A stretch of 64,000 nt of DNA, from positions 45,935-109,934 of IMG/VR virus record IMGVR_UViG_3300030330_002183. One strand, given 5' to 3'. The stretch comes from a virus (taxonomy: Duplodnaviria > Caudoviricetes). Position numbers and translations under genes: made by a program. Position 1 is the stretch's first letter. Every line of letters starts with the position of its first letter. Positions 53,801 through 62,700 of this stretch are shown here, one piece after another. The notes beneath the pieces are model-generated. The model was not told where the DNA came from, did no database searches, and saw only the letters and a list, made by a program, of their open reading frames with translations.

Positions 53801-56770
53801 ATATTTTGCATCTTCACCATATAGATTAGGAAATACACTTTCTAAAGATCTACCATCTCTTATATGATTACCAATATATTTTCTAGTTCCTTGTCTTCCT
53901 AACATATTTGATAAAGCAGCAATTTCTAACATAGACATACCATGCTCTACCTCACTGTATTCATTATATAAATCAATTCCATTATTAATTAAACCAGGAA
54001 CACCTTCTATTAATCCATTTGCTCTATCTTTAAATAACTGTTTTTGATAATCTAAATCTTTAGCAAACTCTTCTCTAGTACCATCATATGTATCTTTAAT
54101 TTCACTCCACAATTGACCATATAATCCTGTAGCTGAAGATTCAGGATTTAGCATTAACTCTCCATTTAAACTTTCAACATATCTTATACCCTTTTCAAGA
54201 TCATCAAAACTAATTGTTTCTTTTCCTTCTTGAGCTTTTGGTAACTGACCACCGTATCTAGACATAAAACTAGATTGTCCAAAATCATCTACTATTTCAT
54301 AAGGATTATCCGTTCCTTCAGGAGTTTGTTGTGCAACATTATCCATAAGCCATATAATGTCTTCATCTTCAAAGTGTCTAAACAATCTGTTATTACCAAA
54401 TTGTTCTTTCATCTTTTTTAAATCACTTTCATTAAATTTTTTATAATCTCCTGAACTATTATATATACCAGCTTTATCTGCTAAATATCTAAATCTTATT
54501 ATATCAGACCTAACTTCATGTGAAGCTGCATCATGAAAATCACTTGAACTATTATAGTTATCTTTTAACCAGTAACCTATTTCAACAGGATTTTCAGTCA
54601 TACTTTTCTTATCTTCTTCTGATAAATTATTCCATACTCTTTGATATGCTTTATTTCTTTTATTTATTTCTGCATCTAATTCAGGAGATCCTGTAAAAAA
54701 TCCACCTTCAGTATGTCCTAATTCATGAGCCATAATACCTTCTTGTTGCTCAGTGCTGTAAGGACCAAAGTATTCATTTTGAGGATCTATACTAATCCTA
54801 CTTTTAGTTGTTGTTTGATTTGATGCCTTACTTGTATGTCGTCCACCAGTATTAGTTCTTTTCTCTATTATAGAAGGAGCTACGTTAACTGGATTATTTA
54901 ATGGATCCCAATTCCAAATATCATTATGTTGTTTTACATATGGATAATCTTGTACATATTGTTGAGTTTGTTTTAAACCTGTTTTCATAAAACGGGGAAC
55001 CCACGGATCTGAAGTATTATCAAGTATTTTATTGTATAGATGATTAAACGTATCACCTTGTAGATATGAATCATACCAATCTACTACAGGTTGATATTTA
55101 TTTGCTACTGCCATTTCCTCATCAGTAAGTGTATATGGATTATAAACACCATCCTGATTCATTGTTGTATATTGTTCTATATATCCATCTCCATCTTGTG
55201 CTTTTGGTAATGAACCTCCATTTTTCCAATTCATAGGATTAATCTTATTAATTCCATCTATAAATGATTGTGATAAATCCTGATATGTTTCTTTTACAGC
55301 TTTAGCACCTTTTTCAATTGCATCACCAGTTGGTTTAATCCAATTACGGTAATGATAACCAGGAATATTCTTAACACCTTCCCAGTCAAATTGAAGATCT
55401 GTATTATCTTCTATATAGTTTACTGCTTTTTCTCTTAAAGGTTGTGAAAGAGACCATGGTGTAGTTCTATAAACGTTATATATAGATTTTCCAGCAACTT
55501 CATAAACTGTTGGATCTCCTTTTACTGATCCTGCTAATAATCTTGGATCATCCATTAATGCATCATATACTTGTTGTGGTGTTGTTACTCCTAGCATTGA
55601 ACTATTAGCATCAGATAATCCTAACGCTCTACATGTTTGATCTGCACAATTATCAGTAAAAAAATCATATTGACCTTTTTTTCCAAAACCAAACATTGTA
55701 TTTAATTCCTTATTAGTAAACGGAATTTCCATTCCACCTGCTCTACTTAATTGAGATGCATTCATATATTTTTCTAAATCTGATTCATTTAAATTTAGAA
55801 TAAGTGTTTGTACACCAGGTTCATAATCATATTTTGGATCATAATCTACTTCTCTATTTCTACTTGGCCAAGCATTTAAATATGGTTTATAAATTAAATC
55901 ACCATCTTCATCTAATTTTTTATATTTTTCTGGTAGATCTTCTGTATTTAATATTCTTGATTCAATATGACCTGGAGGCATACCTGGGTAACCAAGAGGA
56001 TATTTAATTACCTCTACTTGATATTTTCTTTCTCCTCCACCTTGATAGCTATCAAAGTTAGGTTTCTTTATAGTAGTGTCTGGATTTTTAAAATAAACAT
56101 TCTCTGAAAAATTTGGATCAGTTTGTACATATCCATCAGGTAAAAGATTATTATATGAAAGGAACTGTAACATATTATCTTTTCTTTCAGAGCTTGCATC
56201 TGTTGAACCAACTATTGATCCAACAAAATTGTTAAACACATCTTCTCCAGTTTCTTGAAGAGCTGCAAAAAAAGGTCTATCATCTTCAACTAATGTAGAA
56301 ACTTCATGACCTATACCAAGTGCGTTAGATCCTAAAAATCCAACTAATTTATCAACACCTGTAGCATCTAAAATACTACCTATATAAGGAATTCCTTTTA
56401 CTTTATTTTGAAGTTCTTCAGCAGTATATCTACCTGCCATTGCATGTCTTAGATTATCAATATTTGATAATTCTTCTTCACTTTCAGAAAAAGCTTTTGC
56501 TCTGTCACCCGGATTATTTAAATAAGCATTGATCTTTTTTTCTAATTCAGATAATTCTTTGCCAATTTGTGCTAATGGAATTTCAAAAACAGAACTACCA
56601 GGGAATTTATATTCACCACCTGGCATCATAATTTCAATATTACCTAGGTTATCTATACCAAATACAGGAAAGTCTACATCCTTCATAGTTATATTACCTG
56701 ATGGTATTATATTATAAGGATTGTTTCTATCCTTACTATTTCTTTTATATCCGTCTTTACTAAATTTCAT
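50852..56770 (-). CDS. Multi-enzyme polyprotein (1972 aa): DxxRH/HE/DxxNN domain, permuted papain-like peptidase, zincin, SLT-like domain, 3x LysM, YkuD L,D-transpeptidase, second lysozyme-like domain
   Basis: DNLRH..GHE..EDVFNN; GHIE...YDFFTDNC; AHELGH...HEVRSD; YVES...SSATGLYGQ; VKEGDYLGKIA, VQRGDTLGEIA, VKEGDTLSRIA; LVIDKS...AIHG...TSGCIN; ANESG...SVGWTQ. Confidence 0.8.
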   Translation of the reverse strand: MKFSKDGYKRNSKDRNNPYNIIPSGNITMKDVDFPVFGIDNLGNIEIMMPGGEYKFPGSSVFEIPLAQIGKELSELEKKINAYLNNPGDRAKAFSESEEELSNIDNLRHAMAGRYTAEELQNKVKGIPYIGSILDATGVDKLVGFLGSNALGIGHEVSTLVEDDRPFFAALQETGEDVFNNFVGSIVGSTDASSERKDNMLQFLSYNNLLPDGYVQTDPNFSENVYFKNPDTTIKKPNFDSYQGGGERKYQVEVIKYPLGYPGMPPGHIESRILNTEDLPEKYKKLDEDGDLIYKPYLNAWPSRNREVDYDPKYDYEPGVQTLILNLNESDLEKYMNASQLSRAGGMEIPFTNKELNTMFGFGKKGQYDFFTDNCADQTCRALGLSDANSSMLGVTTPQQVYDALMDDPRLLAGSVKGDPTVYEVAGKSIYNVYRTTPWSLSQPLREKAVNYIEDNTDLQFDWEGVKNIPGYHYRNWIKPTGDAIEKGAKAVKETYQDLSQSFIDGINKINPMNWKNGGSLPKAQDGDGYIEQYTTMNQDGVYNPYTLTDEEMAVANKYQPVVDWYDSYLQGDTFNHLYNKILDNTSDPWVPRFMKTGLKQTQQYVQDYPYVKQHNDIWNWDPLNNPVNVAPSIIEKRTNTGGRHTSKASNQTTTKSRISIDPQNEYFGPYSTEQQEGIMAHELGHTEGGFFTGSPELDAEINKRNKAYQRVWNNLSEEDKKSMTENPVEIGYWLKDNYNSSSDFHDAASHEVRSDIIRFRYLADKAGIYNSSGDYKKFNESDLKKMKEQFGNNRLFRHFEDEDIIWLMDNVAQQTPEGTDNPYEIVDDFGQSSFMSRYGGQLPKAQEGKETISFDDLEKGIRYVESLNGELMLNPESSATGLYGQLWSEIKDTYDGTREEFAKDLDYQKQLFKDRANGLIEGVPGLINNGIDLYNEYSEVEHGMSMLEIAALSNMLGRQGTRKYIGNHIRDGRSLESVFPNLYGEDAKYKNKTPGEYIEKFKKGLLQESKLGGEFMKKMNRLKQQLELYNSGKEISGIAKKELELRGLIKQPIMRTGGSVSVKEGDYLGKIARDAGYTLDEVMQFNPQLKDRKDYVIYPGEKIYFDNETREYDVSGKPKLFHTVQRGDTLGEIASKYHLNLTEVAKLNNITGDAINRIYPGDQILLPEHAKFERNDDIKKQEDIAKSPVTNTDSVVVNTPSPVNDIWVEREYDSETGRYKIVGGKKQNIQEINTYNNLQTIIKGKNDFDKSTSTTNIYTVKEGDTLSRIASDFGVPLNTLVTDNNISDPSKILVNQKITVNKNTAKPYLVIDKSKSKMHLIYPGDTQPRESYDILTGTMVGDQATVTKSDYFYQGKKLTQDELNQHMEDNGVKNIRELLSIKLDGKPLYTSSTDYYAGNRMTGAGKYTISETNADGGRSYRGDAAPGELVPSFNLVNEQGVEQALAIHGVTRGRTASLYDNNPYNNRLTSGCINGKCEDLQSLYENPDITKGTEVYVLPENEDSGSSFVYENGKINFYTKRENQERARKGFYKTENNKNRYSGKGGDEGEFVEGGPGINVTTNFGNYNPIMFEFDKSLHQSEGANNPYVQADGSVINLNKEFTEHTQPFLNSLAENKKRVMETINIDGDLYNDLALVSFGIYANESGMGDINPLGEDILKLGRKTGVSILNKFGVGLNPVGSGSVERKYNIAFQNDPSNSVGWTQLRVGDGNTGPNEREALARYDSKYDTKFTNKIETVLSQDDLNTLQSYDQRNGTDLYSQATSNNNKGRVYVNRLGEVQYHKYDIDNSLLMDPEYSAIATAIILGERYKNQISRDKKNSSDFDIYHEVAKTWRPGTKSDDYARLVNANIPLVTLRETDINNIDKNVIIKGEYQNTSETIQGAAVEAAHNTVLPTFLSTIFGFSRGGEFGLNNQIQFYKDYVEGLYKNTNQEKSAKKLYDKLNRMYYNEYRGTDSNALDIMNLMNSGTNN

Positions 56771-59700
56771 TATCTAAATGATACATTAATTTTACTATTC
56801 TTTAATTTCAATAACATTTTTCTATTACCTGATTCATTCTTTCTTAGAACTACAGCATTCCAATAATGTCTAAACTTCTTACGTTGGAAAGATGGTTTTG
56901 CTAAATTAATATTATTTTGATTTAAATCTCTAATATAACCATTTAATTGAGTAATAAATATTGGTTCACTTACATTAGGATTAAATTCTCCTCTGTCAGC
57001 AGTAACATCCCAGAACTGATTAAACCTATACTTTTGTTCTTCTTTACTATATAATATTTGAATATCATTTGCAGTAATCTGTGGGAACTGTGTAATTAAT
57101 GGTGCATTATTTTTAGGACTTAAATTAAATGTTAATAATCCTGAAACTTGTTCTGTATTGTGAAGTATAGCATGATCAAAATTATAATCAAGATCATGGA
57201 ATCTATCACCACAATCACCTTCTAAATTACCTCTATAAATATAAGACTCTAGTTGATACTCAATACTTCTTACAGTATTTACAGTTTGTCCAACAGATTC
57301 AATAAGTTCAACTTCCCATCCATAATCTTTCTCATAGTAATTAGTATATAAATCACATCTATCATTATGTTTCCATACACCACCTTTTTCAAAATTAGGT
57401 TCTAAGCAACATAAAAACTCAAATCTACAAATAGGAGGATTTACATTTAGCCATGTTGGATCACCTACTCCAGTATCAGGATTATAATATAAAGCAATAC
57501 CGTTTGGCATAATATCATCTGGACATTGACCAGTTTGAGTTAAAGTATTTGGTACATATGTATTAGGTAGACGGTCTGTAGGACAAGTACATTCTATTTT
57601 TCTACATACTCCATTCTTAATTCCACCACCTTCTGAACAATCTGCATCATTATCTAATAATGCATATGGTGGTGAAGCTGGAGATGAAAACTCAGTTGTA
57701 ATTCTTTGATAGTCAGGTGGACAACTACATACAGTAATAGAGCATATATTGTTTGCAAGAGCTTCTGCAAAATCTCTATTATTAGCAGGTAATAATGGTA
57801 TTTGTTGAAATGCTGGAGTAGTTAAATCATTAAATACTGCATTTATATTATTTGCAGGTGGAGTGTTTGCTGTATAAATACAATAAGTTTCAGAAGCTAT
57901 AGTTAATTGACCACTACTTTCTGCAGCATTAGGAGCATAACCAAAGTTTAAACTTGGATAATTAGAATTCATATTTGGTGCAAAAGGAGCTCCTTGATTA
58001 TTAGTAGGAGCTTGTCCTGCAGATGGAGCACCATCTGTAATTATAATTGAAATTCTTTTATATGATTGTTCATCTGTTCTATCACCAAGTGTTGATTGTC
58101 TTACGTTTGATAATTGAGCTTGTACTGTATTAAATGCTGTTTGTAAAAATGTTCCTCCTCCATTAGGTGAAATACTATTTGCTAAAAGATTGTTACTTAA
58201 CATAGTTCCCCAATTTGTACTACCTGTATAATTAGACATAGATGGGCTACTATTTCCAGCATTTAAATTACATTGTGTACCAACTAAATTATTTGTTGAT
58301 AAACCACCAGACATATTTGGTGTAACATTTAACATTTGATTTCCCCAACCAACTATTCCAATTTGAACATCACCATCCGCCATAGATTGTCCAAACTCAC
58401 CTACAAAAGTATCTATAAAAGTCATTGCATCATCCCAAAGATCATTCATAGCTGGACCCATAGAACCACTATTATCTACACCAATAACAATATCTAATTT
58501 ACAACCAACAGTTTCTAAGTTAGTTATTACTGGTACCTCATCAACAATAATTTCTGATGGAAATTCTCCTGGATATTGTTGACAACATATTTGTTGTACT
58601 GGGTCCCATGTAAATCCTGGAGGACATTCTGGAATAGTTGTATCTACAAAATTCTTAGTTGTAAAGAAATGATTTAAACTAGGTATTGTTAAATCAGGAT
58701 GCCAATCATGGAATGAAATCCAAGCTTTAGCTTTTGGATCATAACTTACTGTCCATGATACATCTTTAAAATATGTTTCATCATGTAAATCAATAGGAGT
58801 TGTTACATCATTATATGTTACTGGTGTTGTTTCAACACAAGAACACATTGGATCTCCATTAGAATCTGTAAATAAAGTACAACCTGGAGGACAAGAAAAT
58901 ACTGGATCAGGTGTTATTGCTGCTGTAATTGCATCTACAATATCTATAATATCTTGTTGTACTGCAAAATCACCTTGATATGCAAAACCTGGTGTTGAAG
59001 ACCATAATTGTGAATATGAAACAAAATCACCTGCTGCACCAGGAGGTAATACAACAGCATAAAAATCTTGATTAAATGGTGCTGCAGTATATTGTGCATT
59101 TGATACTATATTATTTTGGAACCATGTAGTTGCTAAATCTCCTGCTGCAGAAAAAGTATTTAAAGGTTCTCTACCAAAAGTAATATCAGGAGTTGTTGGT
59201 GTAACAGTATTATTTTGATAAACGTCTGTTCCAGTAACAGCACCTGAAGTATATATTGCAGATGTATACTGTCCTGGACTACACATAGCAGGTTGCCCGT
59301 TTGTTTGTAAGTCAGTACCTTGTGGTCCATCAAATATTGTAATTAAGATTTTTTTAACATTTCTGCTAAATCCATCCATATATAATAAATTTTGACCACA
59401 CCAAACACCAGCAGCAATATCAGTTCCATATGGGAAATCTCTTCCTATACCTACAATATTTCTAGATGAAGCACCATATACAGAAGTGTAATCTGGTGTA
59501 AATGGTGCAGTAGCTCCTGATGGTGATCCAATCCAATTTTCTAATACAGCTTGATTATCTGTTAAAGTTACTTGATTAGCTCCTTCAAACATTTCATCTG
59601 CTGTATTTGGATTATTACATAAATTTTGTTGACCATTATATAATGGATCTCTTGTATTTCTACCTGCTCCAAAATGGCATAAACCTATTCTTGCTTGACC

Positions 59701-62700
59701 ACTACTTAATTCTGGTGACATACCATCAATAAAACCTCTTAAGAAGTTTTGCATATTACCAACATTATTATTACCATCAACTGAGTTTGAAGAATCAATT
59801 GCAAATACAATATCTACATTACCTAATTCTTGATCTACTATAGGTTCTATAATTGTAGTTCTAATACATTCATTACTTGATGCATCAAATGTGTATCCAT
59901 CTGGACAACAAGGTACTGCTTGTGCAGTTCCACATGCTGTTTGATTAAATACAAAACCTTCACATGGATCAAAGTCAATACATTCTGGGTTTAATGCTTG
60001 ATAATCTTTCTTACAGAAATAAACTATATCATAGTTAGGATCATATACTGATTGACATCCTACACCTGCTACTGGGTTATCTATCCATCCACTGCAGTCT
60101 TCTAGTTCAGGAAATTGTGATAATAGTACAGATGGTAAATATTTATTAAACCATTGTTTCATACCATTATTTGCAATATTCTCTAAACCTCTACCTGCAT
60201 AATTAAATATTTTACCTTGTGCTTGTGATATATAGTATAATCCGTTAGGTGTATTTATAACACTTCTAGAACTTTCACATGATCCATATTCATGAGCTTC
60301 ATCAGCATTAACAATATTTTGCATTGGCTGACTAAATAGTCCTCCGTCACCAATAGTAAGTTTAGTTCCTAAATCTGTTTGTAACTGATCTACACCTTGG
60401 AATAATGCTGGAGCTAAATTAGGGAATGTAACTACTGCACCACTTTTTGACATTGGTTTGATTACATTAACTTTATTCTTAAAGTCTTTGTAATTCATTG
60501 GTAAGAATACTCTCCAAAAATCTTTCTTAGCTTCTTTTTGAGCTTGGAGAGAATATATCAATCTCTTAGGAAAATGTGTAAAACACTTCTCTGCAGTAAT
60601 AGGATCATAATCTCTATCTTGTATTTGTCCAAAAGATATAAGCTGAGTATTAAATCTAGTTTTACTTAATGAGAAATCATATTTATAGAAGTTATCTTTT
60701 CTAATAATTTTAGAATGGAACATTGACTCTACATCTGTATATTCTGCAAAATCATAATGTCTTTTATCATCAGTATCTTCATAATCTCTTAGACCCATGT
60801 TAAGTGAAGACTCAACAAAGAAATCTTGTACACCATTACAATGGGTATACATATATCCGTTTTTAATGTGAAATATAGATCTACCACCTTTATCTTGTGT
60901 AATACCATCATTACCAGCATTTATAAAACCTGGGTTATTTGGGTTATTAGGATTACCACCTGATGGTCCACCAGCATTTGATCCACCTCCAACACCTCCA
61001 GCATTATTACCAGCACCACCAACAGTATCATTAGCTAAATCATTATTAGGCCTATCTAAAAAATGCAAAGCATTAGGAGAAATACCTGTTAAACCTTGAT
61101 TTCCACCTTGAAGAAAACCAAGATTAACTACGTATCTTACTAATTCAGATAAATCATATTTAGCTGTATTCATCCAATATATAGGGCGTGGTACATTAGC
61201 TCTTAATCTATAATCATAAGGAAACATATCTGGTTGTCCATCTAAGAAATCCCAGAAGAAAGGCATAATAACTTTTTCTGTATATCTATTTATATAACAG
61301 TCTCCTCCATATAATATTTTAGTTTGAAAACGTGCATCTTCTATAGGTATTCCATTTTCACTTATATCATCATAGTAATTACCACTTCCGTCTTTTTGAA
61401 CACTTTCTTGTTCAAAGTAATGTATACAACCAATTGGAATTTGTTTAATTTGATCTAATTGTCCATATTGATTTTTAAATGCTACTTTAAGGGCTGTATA
61501 GTGTGCAGCTATAGGACTTGATCTCCATTGTGTAGGATTCCACCATCCATTAAAAGAACCAATGATAAATCTTGAATCATCTTGTACTTGTGATGGCGTT
61601 GCAAATCCTGCAGCACCGGCAGGAGCTATAGCTGATACAGCAACTGTACTTGGTCTTTGTAAGTTATTAATTCTAATATTAGCTGTTAAGTTTTGAATTG
61701 AAGGTCCAATATATCTTCCTTTATCAACTAACATTCTACTTACCTGTCCTGCTAAAGGAGCGTTTGTATTTAAATAAAGTCCATGACCACTATACTTCCA
61801 AGCATAATCTTGCAAACTAACAAGTTCATAGATCATATCAATAATATGCTGACCACCTTCAGCAGTTAATTGCATAAAATTAAATATACCAAATAATACT
61901 TGAGCTAAAGTAGGTGCCTCTGAAAATCTTCTTCCTTCATAAGATTCTTCTTGCATTCTACCTATATAACCTCTACCTAATGTATTTGTTTTTGTTCCAT
62001 CCTGAACTCTCATTGTGTTATCATACACAATCTGTTTTGCAAGTTTTGGAGCACCAATAATTGTTGCAGTTGTAAGTGCTGTATTTCTTAGATCATTTGG
62101 ACCTATTGCAGGTACTTGTTGTCCAGCTTCATTGGTATTAATAATTGTATCAGGATTAGTTAAAGCTAAACCACCTTGTCCTTGTACAGCAGGAGCACCA
62201 GCTGCATTACCACCTTGGTTAGTATTAATATTACTAGTAACAGTAGTTATTGACCATGCACCTGTACCTACAGCACCACCTCCACCACCATTTGGTCCAT
62301 TAATTGTATTTGTCACAGAACCACCAGATCTTCTAGTTTGTTGCAAGCCCATACTATAACCTTGTGGTCTTCTGGTTTTTGTGATTTTCCTACCACGCAT
62401 TTCACCAATAGCATAACCTACACCAACTATAATACCAACCCACATTGCTAAGTTTCTAAGTAGTTTATGTTGTGGGTGATTTTCAGATGGTCTAAATCTA
62501 CCTATAGATCTACCTGTTGTTAAACCATATGTTTTAATTTCAAATGGTGATAAGAATGGTTTATTAAAAGATGTTTCAGGTGAATGAAATGTAAATACAT
62601 TTGCTGCAGTATTAGCTTGTGGATATTGTGTAATATTTTGTGGACCGACAATTGGATCACTTTGACCAAAACTAAAACCTGGATCTCCTGATAAATATGG

